Under the pieces are notes generated by a model that saw nothing but the letters and a program-made list of their open reading frames with translations, searched no databases and had not been told where the DNA came from. Source: a virus (lineage: Duplodnaviria; Caudoviricetes). Taken from it: a DNA stretch of 55,225 nucleotides. The DNA lies in the IMG/VR virus record IMGVR_UViG_3300028553_000034, positions 1 to 55,225 of that record; one strand, given 5' to 3'. Each line of letters begins with the position of its first letter. The stretch's first letter is position 1. Shown piece by piece: positions 21,601 through 31,077 of this stretch. A program made the position numbers and the translations under genes.

Positions 21601-22250
21601 AATCAGATCCTAATTCAGCTGCTAATTTAGATGTAAGAAATTCTATTTTAGGAAATGTTATTTCTGGTTCTACTGGATCTCTATATCAAACTCCTTTATT
21701 TTTTGAAGGTGTAGGTGGAACAGGAGATCGATACGCTAAAATAGCTTTTGATGTAAATGATCAATATCTTTTAGGACCTAAATCTGTTGGTTGTTATTTG
21801 TTTATGAATCCTACTTCACATTCAGATATAGTTGTTGATGGATCAGATTCCCTATCAGTTAGAAGAATTACTTTTGGTGAAGAACAAGCAATAACTATTC
21901 CTATTACTTTCCAATATAGAATGACAGATTATTTTGGAGTTGGAAATGTAGGTATTGGTAACATTTCTGGAGTTAGAAACTTTTCTAAAAATGCTAATTT
22001 AGTTTACACAAAGAAAATAGGTTTCGATATATACAGCAATCCAATCAATAAAGAAAGGTTTTCTTTTGATATAGAGGTAACAGCTAGATATTATTCTAGA
22101 ACTATCGTTGGAAAAGATCTTCCTTCTAGAACATTCGATACTGCATTGGATGATTTGAATAAAACAATCAAGTCAATAACACCTAGAACTACTAGGAACG
22201 AAACTCCTGTACAGCTTAGAGGTACCAAAGGTGGAGATTCGAATAGATAG
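18627..22250 (+). CDS. Large virion structural protein with coiled coils and an FN3-like segment
   Basis: 1207-aa ORF with a central coiled coil. VEFRIKSLSESGWP...SEFS resembles an FN3 C-terminus. Confidence 0.55.
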   Translation: MDTKYSLTTLLNDLLRLQNNSYQIISKVSDLVSSKSDTIEMPVLDANGVIQSVQVPSFGAIKDQLTRLESDVKSIAGIGETESSVRLSDGSFRKILVSNFQREAADIKSMPVPISFNTKENWFFESFLNPLLYVSFNLGDQVKYNTENVEVSRYILNINSDAQKQSFNNNFLSKADIQYENFAKVLIANGITYFLDQDVVPLPPRSLRYFGNFAVTKITDDTVTEQIDNVNYSKRVIRVQLDSLTYNDSQSEFLGTQSLKIGDSLIVNSGRQNTRYEITQIESSTRTVGVRLIEGADPITIGTNIFSIYSADESPVNVNVNIGFDEYTVVFIKPIDPDSKISAVNWSPGVGFYTSDLKTKNDVGEDIALSTYYQNEVVDFGSYLYSIAKDGVIPTSLGIEPDSPDLNVENFKVVQVNQHLTDNSVLSDLKKLQSDKQRIQSDLRSTDKSIKELRSKIQTTQYASQQLKETDQNQLSTLINQRDSLSSLFSSTIDDINTIGVSNSVDQLTPKYRIRGFFPMPIAKSSDRTSPQEVVQFIVQYRYLSKEGGANQPEQINFLDQDGQTRRGTFSTWVEVRSEVRQRKTDPTTGQVTWAIEDLENADSVNINSVDIPISFGESVEFRIKSLSESGWPVSPKESEFSEIMKIEFPPEFESSPDAGSILSEANDEKVRVELQQDLDALGIKKHVANQFEQNGKFFAHPSTEISSGFLSPEQNVIALFDKLIAMDSEIARLTALLEASRGVLVVRVIDEAGTEYQVQSNTTLKLFAGNYKDEVAQRTVKKGAIISKNYFVKMFNDSASSLEMYARYWGNRIYKANESWSGGTAYNSNDTDYNLTRRYDRVPLGLSNPSLDDVSSYGFVRELPQQSSQVLGEFISSRYVSIDGKSNLYGAVSGATNGVIDAFSQTSNSSPYFASNIDDLEWINDLTIQDAISSTAGIGSSASDFIWKGSLTGPTTISNVIPLLDGSVINDYDDTILIHIDHPAIDDWNLESDPNSAANLDVRNSILGNVISGSTGSLYQTPLFFEGVGGTGDRYAKIAFDVNDQYLLGPKSVGCYLFMNPTSHSDIVVDGSDSLSVRRITFGEEQAITIPITFQYRMTDYFGVGNVGIGNISGVRNFSKNANLVYTKKIGFDIYSNPINKERFSFDIEVTARYYSRTIVGKDLPSRTFDTALDDLNKTIKSITPRTTRNETPVQLRGTKGGDSNR

Positions 22251-22269
22251 AATAAATAATTGAAATGAG

Positions 22270-25200
22270 ATGCCTAATCAAATACTTAAAAGAAGTTCCT
22301 TCGGATTACTTAGAACAAATCCTAAGCTAACTACTAATATAAAAATAATTGCCGATTCAAAGAATAGAATCTATTTAGAGACTATTGACGCAAATCCACT
22401 TTTAAGTAAATCAATATACAAAGGTTTTGAAGTTAGTGGTAACGGATCATATTCTTTCGATTTAAGAAGATTTTTTTCTCAAGGTAGTAGAACTCTACCA
22501 GAAGATATCGCATACAGTATTTTTGAAGAAGATCCCTCAACATCCGTAAAAGATAGATTCAATAAGCAATACGATTTCACTTATGGATATGGTATGTACC
22601 CTAAAAACAGTCGTTTATATTCCGAAGAATACTCTCTCTTTGCACCAATTTGGGTCGAGAAAGATTCTATTCCTGATTATTTCTTAATTTTCAAGATGGA
22701 CGATCCTGTTACTTTTAATTCTTTACCATATTCTACAACAAATCTAGATACAAATCCTCTACTTAATACATTAGTAGAAGATCCTTCTAATTTCTTTGAT
22801 AATGTATTAAAGAAAGCAAGAATAATCAAGAAATTTGATTTGACTGATAAGACTGAAATTGGTAAATATATTAGAAATCACGTAAATGATCCTAGTTTTC
22901 CGGAATCACCTTTTTATTCTTCATTGAATAAAGGGGAAAATTCTTATTGGAATGGAATATCATATAGAAAAGGTGGATTTGGATCTATTGGTTCTGATAT
23001 CTATTTAGATTATACACTAATTGATAAGACTTTTATAGAATCAGAAGATTTTATAACTGACGGATTCAAAAGAAATAGTGTTATTTGTGCTAATCTTCTT
23101 AATATGGAATTTCTATTTGATGATGAAGAACAAATAGAATATACATTTGGTAGATATTTTGGTCTTTACGTTAGTGAAGTCGAATTAGGTAAATTTGAAA
23201 TTAGTAAAGATCGACTTTTTGATGACAGATTCAATGAACAAACACAAACTCCACAATCGAATGAAAAGGTTATTGGTGTTTCTACTTCTGTTAAAGATGA
23301 TATTCAATATAACGTAAATGGAATAAAAATATATCCACAAATTGGAGCTTCTGGACCTTATTCAGGACGTTTGATGACTTGGTCAGAACTTCAAAATGTT
23401 AGATTTGGTTATGTTAAAGATCGAAATAGTAATTTCTATTCGATCGATAATGTTACTAATTGGTCAACATTAAATCCACTTACTAATACATCCGATACAG
23501 ATTATTTGAGAATTAAGAATAAAACGGTAAATTGGAAAAATTTTAGTGGATTTGAATCGCCTTTTACCTATATTCCTTCCATAAAAACTGACGTAAAGGG
23601 TAGACCGGCTATTGCATTTAAGTTAATTTCTGCACCAAACGACGGTGATGAAATTAGAGTACAATATACGGATTGGACGAATCCAAAAGAATCTCCTTAT
23701 ATAGATAATCACACAGTAAAAGGAAATTCTACTCTTCCTTCAGGAACTATAAGTGGATTAACTTTTAGTACTAATGGAACTTTGAAAGATATTTCTATTG
23801 CTATAGTTGCATCAATAAATCAGATACAAAATTATTCTAACGAGATTCAAGCATTTCAATCTTTTTATATCAATGGAGAGATTTTAATCTTTGCTAGAAT
23901 TAATTCCGAGAATTGGAACAAATTAAAAATATCTTTATTTAGTGATGCTTCTATATTCCCTTTCTTACTTTCAAATGAATTTATTGATGAACAATCGACA
24001 TTAACATATCAATCTTCACCTATAGCATTAAGTCCTATTTCAGCAGGAAAATTATTAATATCTAATTTCGAAGGAGGTAATAATCAATCGGAATCAAGAG
24101 CAATAATAGAGAGAAAATATATTCAAGAATTCATAGATCCTATTGATGATATTTTTATTAAGACTACTTCTGGATATAATACAACAGATGATTATGGTCT
24201 TTATCTAGACGAACCAATCTATAACGATAATGGAGAAATTATAGGGTTCAAAAACTATGATAAATACTATGTAATTAATCTCATTGACAATAAACAGAAG
24301 ATTGAATTTGGATCTTCTAGCAAATTATCACTTTATAAGAAAGCGTTGAATTCTAATGGATATCTTTCTATTTTCCCTATAAAAGATTTTGATTTTGATT
24401 TCAATAATACGGATTATAAAAAAGATGCTGATTCTTCACCTTCTGGACTTTATGATTGGTATATCAGTGGTACAGGAGGAACTGGAAATATACCTACTTT
24501 CAATTATCCGACTTTAGGACCCACTTCACAATCATTCATATATCAACTAATAGGACCTACTTCCCCCTTTGTTCAAAATGGAGGATTTCAATCTCTTATT
24601 GGATATCAAGATGATCTAAATGATACTGTAGATCCTGTTGTTAATGAATATGATCGTCTCAAAGAAAATTATGTTACTCAATTAGCTCTTTCTTCTAGAG
24701 TAGTTCCATTCATAAACAAATGGGTATATGATAATGAATCAACCGACGTTAGAGAAAATGGATATCGACTAAACGTGGATCAAGCAATGGGATATAATAA
24801 CTTTTCTCCGGATTTTGATCAAGTAGAAAAGACGACTAAATTCTTTACTCATGAGTGGTATTACTTACAGAAATATCCGCCTTATATGGATTTTAATCAG
24901 AAGCTAGAATCATTTTCGTATTTTGATAACGATCTTTATTTCCCAGATCTTCCTATTATTGGATCGCCTGGATCTACTTCCACATATTTAGGTCTTACTG
25001 GAGCTAGTGGAGCTTCAGCTAATTTACTTTCGATCGAAGAAGATTATTTCTTATCATATTTCACTAGAGAAACCGTAGATGGATTAGCGATACCTAGGGA
25101 TTTTAAGTATTCACTATTTAGTGGATCCTCTAATTCAAAGGCCGCAGAAACTCTTTTTAGAGGAATTAAAGTTGAGGTTTTAGATCGATCGGAATTTAGT

Positions 25201-27078
25201 TCAATTAATTATAATCGAGATTCTCTTAAATACGTCTATAACGAAAAATATAACAATTACAAATTTTCTGCTGTTCTTACTTATGGTAATGCAGGATCTC
25301 AGATTACTGTTATAAAAAATGATAAATGGAAATCAATAACTCTGATTATTCAATGTGATTTCTCAGATCTTCTATTTCAATATGAAGATACGAATACTTC
25401 AGAGATACACCAATTTATAGATAGATCATTACTTTATACTGTTGATGATAAATTTCAGCTTAATGCTGGAGATTTAGAATATAAAGACAATCCAATTTCT
25501 GGAAAAATAGTCGATTGGATAGATAATGGATCTTATTTTGAAGTGATAATGGGTATTGATAATGTTGGAAATTTACCTAATCTTACTTCAGAAATTACAC
25601 AAAATGAAAACGGTAGTTATAATACAATTTCAGTTTCAGCTAATTCACTCACATATATCTTCAATGATATTTACGACATAACAGCAAATACATTTAAGTG
25701 TACTTCAATAAGTGGATTACCTCTATTACCAAATCCTGCTACACCGAACGGAACATATAATTTATCAACTTTACTTTCTATTACTTGGCAACCGTTTACT
25801 GCTTTAAGAAATTCACCTTTAGAAACAAATCCTATTTATGATGCAGGCGGTTATAATGCTTATAGATCTTTAATTGATTCAATATCTTTCTCGACTATTC
25901 AATCTTCAATAAATCTTGGAGATAATGAGATTCGATATATTTCGGTTTCAAAAACAGGATTAATCGAGGAAAATACTTTTGTTATTTCTTTAGTAAGACC
26001 GGATTATCCAATTAAATCATCTTACCTAAAAAGAGAAGCTCTTAGGAAAACGTCTTTGGATTCCCAACAAAATCAATCTATTCTAGGATATACGATCGGA
26101 TCTTTAGATCGAATTTCTTTTAATCCGATAGTAAGATATAGAGGAAATTATACGCCTAGATGGAAAAATATCTTTCAATTCGTTGATATGAATGATCTTA
26201 AGTTAGAAGGATTAGATTATTTCAATATACAAATACTTACTGAATTAGCTTGGATCAAAGACAATAATTTAGGTAAGATTAAGAATTTATATTTCAATAA
26301 AGTAAACACAGAAAATCCTAACATTATTTTATCTAATAATCTTAATACGAATTCAGAGAGATTCATATATCCTTTAATAGGTGACGTATCAATTGATTTC
26401 TCAGATTTTTATGTATTCCGATCTAATTGGGATCCTTTTTACTACAAAAAATACATCAAAAATAACATTTTTGAAAATGTAATAGGAACTAGAGAACCTA
26501 AAGAAGAAAAATCATTCTTTGCATCTAAAGCAATTTCTATTCCGACTGAAATACGATTAGAAACATTTCCTTTAGGAATATCTACATCACAAGATGTTAT
26601 AGATGCTGGGTCATTACAAAATATAAATTCTGGAATAATAGAAAAAAGAATAATTACTTCATCAAAAACAGAATTAGATCTTAGTATATTAGTTACGAAA
26701 TCTTTATCTGATTGGTTAATAACTGACGGATTTGGTGTGGAATTCTATAAATTTATCGATCCAAATTATTCATTCGGTGATCTTATATTAGATGATGACA
26801 TAAAAACTTATATACAAGAAAATATATTTCAAAGATATGCAATTAAAGAAGTTATCCTTTGGGAGAAGACTTGGCTTCCTTCTAAAGGCGTAAATGATCT
26901 TCCACAAATAGCTATAAATTTAACAGATATCCAAAAAATTCAAAACGGATATCTAAAAAGCAAGAATTTCAAAGTTATCATTGATGAAAGTGGTGGACTT
27001 AATTTTAAGGTGATATATACAGTACCTAAAGATAAAAGAACCTCAATATCGATAACAGTTGTACTTGAGAAAAAATAA
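22270..27078 (+). CDS. Very large virion structural protein of unknown function
   Basis: 1602-aa uninterrupted ORF in the tail/baseplate operon. Confidence 0.55.
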   Translation: MPNQILKRSSFGLLRTNPKLTTNIKIIADSKNRIYLETIDANPLLSKSIYKGFEVSGNGSYSFDLRRFFSQGSRTLPEDIAYSIFEEDPSTSVKDRFNKQYDFTYGYGMYPKNSRLYSEEYSLFAPIWVEKDSIPDYFLIFKMDDPVTFNSLPYSTTNLDTNPLLNTLVEDPSNFFDNVLKKARIIKKFDLTDKTEIGKYIRNHVNDPSFPESPFYSSLNKGENSYWNGISYRKGGFGSIGSDIYLDYTLIDKTFIESEDFITDGFKRNSVICANLLNMEFLFDDEEQIEYTFGRYFGLYVSEVELGKFEISKDRLFDDRFNEQTQTPQSNEKVIGVSTSVKDDIQYNVNGIKIYPQIGASGPYSGRLMTWSELQNVRFGYVKDRNSNFYSIDNVTNWSTLNPLTNTSDTDYLRIKNKTVNWKNFSGFESPFTYIPSIKTDVKGRPAIAFKLISAPNDGDEIRVQYTDWTNPKESPYIDNHTVKGNSTLPSGTISGLTFSTNGTLKDISIAIVASINQIQNYSNEIQAFQSFYINGEILIFARINSENWNKLKISLFSDASIFPFLLSNEFIDEQSTLTYQSSPIALSPISAGKLLISNFEGGNNQSESRAIIERKYIQEFIDPIDDIFIKTTSGYNTTDDYGLYLDEPIYNDNGEIIGFKNYDKYYVINLIDNKQKIEFGSSSKLSLYKKALNSNGYLSIFPIKDFDFDFNNTDYKKDADSSPSGLYDWYISGTGGTGNIPTFNYPTLGPTSQSFIYQLIGPTSPFVQNGGFQSLIGYQDDLNDTVDPVVNEYDRLKENYVTQLALSSRVVPFINKWVYDNESTDVRENGYRLNVDQAMGYNNFSPDFDQVEKTTKFFTHEWYYLQKYPPYMDFNQKLESFSYFDNDLYFPDLPIIGSPGSTSTYLGLTGASGASANLLSIEEDYFLSYFTRETVDGLAIPRDFKYSLFSGSSNSKAAETLFRGIKVEVLDRSEFSSINYNRDSLKYVYNEKYNNYKFSAVLTYGNAGSQITVIKNDKWKSITLIIQCDFSDLLFQYEDTNTSEIHQFIDRSLLYTVDDKFQLNAGDLEYKDNPISGKIVDWIDNGSYFEVIMGIDNVGNLPNLTSEITQNENGSYNTISVSANSLTYIFNDIYDITANTFKCTSISGLPLLPNPATPNGTYNLSTLLSITWQPFTALRNSPLETNPIYDAGGYNAYRSLIDSISFSTIQSSINLGDNEIRYISVSKTGLIEENTFVISLVRPDYPIKSSYLKREALRKTSLDSQQNQSILGYTIGSLDRISFNPIVRYRGNYTPRWKNIFQFVDMNDLKLEGLDYFNIQILTELAWIKDNNLGKIKNLYFNKVNTENPNIILSNNLNTNSERFIYPLIGDVSIDFSDFYVFRSNWDPFYYKKYIKNNIFENVIGTREPKEEKSFFASKAISIPTEIRLETFPLGISTSQDVIDAGSLQNINSGIIEKRIITSSKTELDLSILVTKSLSDWLITDGFGVEFYKFIDPNYSFGDLILDDDIKTYIQENIFQRYAIKEVILWEKTWLPSKGVNDLPQIAINLTDIQKIQNGYLKSKNFKVIIDESGGLNFKVIYTVPKDKRTSISITVVLEKK

Positions 27079-27089
27079 ATACGTAAATA

Positions 27090-30000
27090 ATGCCAATAGT
27101 AATTAAGGAATTATTTCCTTCGGATCCTTTATCGGAAGCACTAGAGAAAATAAATTTTAACTTCGATCAACTTATTTTAGCTGGAGGAGGTCCTCAAGGA
27201 CCTCTAGGTCCTATAGGAGTTCCTGGAATACCTGGACCTCAAGGAGAAAGAGGAGATCATTGGCAAGTAGGAACAACTGCTCCTACTGCTGATCATGGAC
27301 CTAATTATGGAGCTCTTAAGGATTTTGATTTTTGGATTAGTGCAACAGGTCAAGTTTATTATTGGAGTATTGGTTCTACATCTTGGGTTAATTCAGGAAC
27401 AAATTTAACAGGACCTCAAGGTGCAAGTGGTGCAACTGGAGGATCTTTCGAAATAGGAATGTATCAAGGATCTACAGGAAATGCTAATACACCTCTTTCG
27501 ATTCCTCCAGTAGGACCTACAAATTATACTCCCGGTTCTGGTGGTGCTACCACTGTTGCTTCAGGTGGAGTAGATTTTATTATTCCAGTTAACATCAATA
27601 AGAATTCATTTTTCCTAGGAGATGGTGGTTGGGCATATTCAAAATTAAATAACTTCGGTGTTTATGATGTTACTATTCCAGGTAACATTCAAAGACTTAT
27701 ACCGAAACAAGTTATAATACAAACTGCAATAGATTCAACTGGTCTAGGAGGTTTAACTATAGGTGCATATGGAGCTACGAGTGCAATTGGTGCTACTCAA
27801 TCTAATTATGAAGGAGTTTCTACTGAAGTAACCGATGCTCTTAACTTCTTTACTGCAGGATTTGCTTATACTAATACAGCTGGTCAATACTCGCATCAAT
27901 TCCGAATGAGAACAGGAACTATAAACCTAGAGATTCAAGCAGGAGATAATAACTTTGCTGCTCTAGCTGCAGGGAAAACACCGGATCTTATTCTTAGATC
28001 GAATAGAACTTTAATTAAAGATTTTACTTCTAATCAAATTACAATAGGTGCTACCTCTACTATGTTTAGAGAAAAGGCTGCAATTGGATATTCATCAATT
28101 CCTACATTTGATAGTAATTCAACTTTAGATAATTCAGGAATAATGCGTTCTAGAGGAGATATTTATGTAGGAGCTTTGAATGGCCTTGCAAATACTATAC
28201 ATATAGGATATGCAAGAACTTCGGATGGATCTGCTTCTTTAAATCTTTATACTAACGGTTCTACACCGACAACTTCTACTTTTTCGATAGGAAGAGTTAA
28301 TGGAGTTAATGGAGTAGCGACTATAGATCAAACAGGAACAGGCGCTCTACAAATAAATTCAACAACTTCAGGCAGTTACATAAATTTAGTAGCTAATCAT
28401 CTAAGTGGACATATTCGTTTTAGTAATTCTTCAGGTTCAGAAATAGCTAGAATTGATACAGTAAATTCAAGAGTAGGAATAGGAACTTCTTCCCCTTCGA
28501 ATACATTAGATGTAGTAGGTTCCTCTATGGGATTAAGAGCAGGAATTTATGGTACATCAAATTCCATAGAATTTATAAATTCTATAGGATCTCCAATAAG
28601 TTCAAGGATAGCTTTTGGTTCTGATGGATCAAGTTGGAATTTAGCATTTGCTAAGAATGTAGCCGGAACTTATACTGATTTGATGACATTACAAACAAAT
28701 GGTAATTTTGGAATAGGAACAACAACACCTAATGATCGTTTAGAAGTTAAAGATGGAGGAATTATAGTAAATACAACTACGATTCTTAATTATTCTAATG
28801 GATATGGAATTCAATTTAACAATAATACTTCATTTTATTCAGGAATAAAATCTTATACTAGTACTCCTGCAAATAACATGGGTCTTTCTTTCTTTAGTTC
28901 TAATGCTGGATCTTCAGTTGAATCGATGAGAATACAACCGAATGGATTCATAAGTATAGGTCCATCAGCACACCAAAACGTTCCTGAATATAGAATTCAT
29001 ATACAAGGAGACGAAGAAAATTCTATTTTAATTAGATCAAGAAATACAACAATCGGAACACAAAATAATATCCTATTACAAAGATCAAATCTTTCAGCTG
29101 CTACACCTAATGCATATGCTTTAGGTGGATTAAGCTTTGGTGGTTATAATGGAACTACTTGGACTTCTGGATACAACGGTGGATCGCAAATTCTTTCTTA
29201 TTCTTCAGGTACATGGACAGCAACTTCTAATCCATCAGATCTAAGATTCTCGACTACTCCTATTAATACAATTGCTACAGTTGAAAGAATGAGAATTTCG
29301 AATTCAGGAAATATATCAGTTGGTTCTCAAGGAAATGCAACTTTTAATTTAGAATTTCAAGGAAATGCAAATAAAATTATAGGTGTAAGTGGTGCTAATA
29401 CAGGGGATGGATTTGATTTGGATGTAAGAGGTGGTCAATCAGGAGTAACGGTCGATGCAAATGGCGGAATCCTTAATTTGTATATGGGACAATCTAGAGG
29501 ATCCGGTAATTCGAGTATTGGGTTTTGGGGATTAGGAATAGGTGGAATTGCGTCTTCTAATTTAAGAACATACGAACAAAAAGCCATAATGAATGAAAAT
29601 GGAAATTGGGCTTTTGGTAGTATAACCCCTTCGTCTTCTAAAATAGATCTTCTAGGATCTTTAAGAATAAGAAGCTCTTCGTCTAATAATAACGTTCTCG
29701 CAAACGGTCTGAGATTTAATTCAGATGACGACACTTATGAATCCGAAATAAGAGCATATCAAGGATCCAGTAATTCTCGATTAGGACTTTCTTTTAGAAC
29801 TACTGATAATTCTTCTACGACATCAGAACGTATGCGACTAAATCCAGATGGAGGAATTCAAATGATGAATGATACACTTGTAACTGAAGGATCATTTACA
29901 ATCTCCGTTCTCACTCCTACTACAATTATTGACGCTTCATATCAAAATGTTATTAATATAGCCTCGGATGATAAAGATAGAATAATTTATTTTAGTAGAG

Positions 30001-30254
30001 ATGATGATTCTGGTGGAGGAATAATACAAGGATCTATGGTAATGGAAGTTCTTATTGGAGTAAATACAATATATCACGCTGTACTTGCTTATGATTTTTT
30101 AAGTCCTGCACAGGGAAGAAAAACAGCAGCTAATGCTTCTTATAGTTTTGTTTTACCTAGTGGATTATCTTCTATTGTCAGATATAAAAGAATAGCATTT
30201 CAAACTACGGGAACTCTATCTTATAGTGCAAAATCATTAAGATTTGGAAAATAA
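27090..30254 (+). CDS. Tail fibre / receptor-binding protein
   Basis: N-terminal EKINFNFDQL anchor, collagen-like GPQGPLGPIGVPGIPGPQGERG, and repeated ERMRI..SGNVGIGT..P-type fibre modules (RVGIGTSSP, NFGIGTTTP, ERMRISNSGNI, ERMRLNPDG). Confidence 0.8.
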   Translation: MPIVIKELFPSDPLSEALEKINFNFDQLILAGGGPQGPLGPIGVPGIPGPQGERGDHWQVGTTAPTADHGPNYGALKDFDFWISATGQVYYWSIGSTSWVNSGTNLTGPQGASGATGGSFEIGMYQGSTGNANTPLSIPPVGPTNYTPGSGGATTVASGGVDFIIPVNINKNSFFLGDGGWAYSKLNNFGVYDVTIPGNIQRLIPKQVIIQTAIDSTGLGGLTIGAYGATSAIGATQSNYEGVSTEVTDALNFFTAGFAYTNTAGQYSHQFRMRTGTINLEIQAGDNNFAALAAGKTPDLILRSNRTLIKDFTSNQITIGATSTMFREKAAIGYSSIPTFDSNSTLDNSGIMRSRGDIYVGALNGLANTIHIGYARTSDGSASLNLYTNGSTPTTSTFSIGRVNGVNGVATIDQTGTGALQINSTTSGSYINLVANHLSGHIRFSNSSGSEIARIDTVNSRVGIGTSSPSNTLDVVGSSMGLRAGIYGTSNSIEFINSIGSPISSRIAFGSDGSSWNLAFAKNVAGTYTDLMTLQTNGNFGIGTTTPNDRLEVKDGGIIVNTTTILNYSNGYGIQFNNNTSFYSGIKSYTSTPANNMGLSFFSSNAGSSVESMRIQPNGFISIGPSAHQNVPEYRIHIQGDEENSILIRSRNTTIGTQNNILLQRSNLSAATPNAYALGGLSFGGYNGTTWTSGYNGGSQILSYSSGTWTATSNPSDLRFSTTPINTIATVERMRISNSGNISVGSQGNATFNLEFQGNANKIIGVSGANTGDGFDLDVRGGQSGVTVDANGGILNLYMGQSRGSGNSSIGFWGLGIGGIASSNLRTYEQKAIMNENGNWAFGSITPSSSKIDLLGSLRIRSSSSNNNVLANGLRFNSDDDTYESEIRAYQGSSNSRLGLSFRTTDNSSTTSERMRLNPDGGIQMMNDTLVTEGSFTISVLTPTTIIDASYQNVINIASDDKDRIIYFSRDDDSGGGIIQGSMVMEVLIGVNTIYHAVLAYDFLSPAQGRKTAANASYSFVLPSGLSSIVRYKRIAFQTTGTLSYSAKSLRFGK

Positions 30255-30261
30255 TATAAAT

Positions 30262-31077
30262 ATGACAAAATTTTTAATTCAATTCAAAGAATGGATCAAA
30301 GATCCAAAACATCAAAGAAATTTGACTATAGTTATTGCAATTATAGTTATTCTTCTTATGCGTAGATGTTCTCCTTCGGATGGAGATGTAAACACTTTAC
30401 GTCAAAACGTTTTTGCTCTTAATGATTCAATAAGAGCATATAAGACGAAAACAGGAACTCTTGTTTATGAAAAGGGAGCTTTGATCTCAGAAAATGGAAA
30501 TCTTAAAAACCTAAATAAAGGTCTTTCAGATGAAGTTAAATACCTAAAAGACAATCCAATCGTTATCATAAAAACAAAAATAGTTGTTAAACATGATACG
30601 ATAGAGATTCCTGTTTATATTAGTACACCAATCTATCATCAAGATGGATCAGTTTCTAGAGAACTTAAATGGAGCTACGACAAAGATTTCGGTAAAGGAA
30701 ATAGTAGAAAACTTTCAGGGAAACTTGATATTACGGTCGATACTTCTATGAATCTAACTTCTACTCCTGTGCATATAACAGACGATGAATTCAGTATGGC
30801 AATTACTACTGGACTAACAGAAAATAAAGATGGACTTCTTGAAATTTTTGTTAAATCTGATTATCCTGGATTTAGTGTTAGTTCAATGGATGGAGCTCTA
30901 ATAGATCCTAAAAAATCAGAAGTTCTGAAAAAATACTTCCCACCCAAAAGATGGGCTTTGGGTATTTATGGAGGATTTGGTCCTTACGTAGATCCCTTTA
31001 ACGCAAAAATCGGTATGGGAGTTCAACTAGGAATTGGTCTTCAATACAACATAATTCAATGGAACTTTAAAAAATAA
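30262..31077 (+). CDS. Membrane-anchored coiled-coil protein with a C-terminal amphipathic beta-hairpin (spanin-like candidate)
   Basis: Hydrophobic LTIVIAIIVILLM followed by RRC, then a coiled coil, then KRWALGIYGGFG...GVQLGIGLQYNIIQW. ATG at 30262 is preferred to TTG at 30244. Confidence 0.5.
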   Translation: MTKFLIQFKEWIKDPKHQRNLTIVIAIIVILLMRRCSPSDGDVNTLRQNVFALNDSIRAYKTKTGTLVYEKGALISENGNLKNLNKGLSDEVKYLKDNPIVIIKTKIVVKHDTIEIPVYISTPIYHQDGSVSRELKWSYDKDFGKGNSRKLSGKLDITVDTSMNLTSTPVHITDDEFSMAITTGLTENKDGLLEIFVKSDYPGFSVSSMDGALIDPKKSEVLKKYFPPKRWALGIYGGFGPYVDPFNAKIGMGVQLGIGLQYNIIQWNFKK

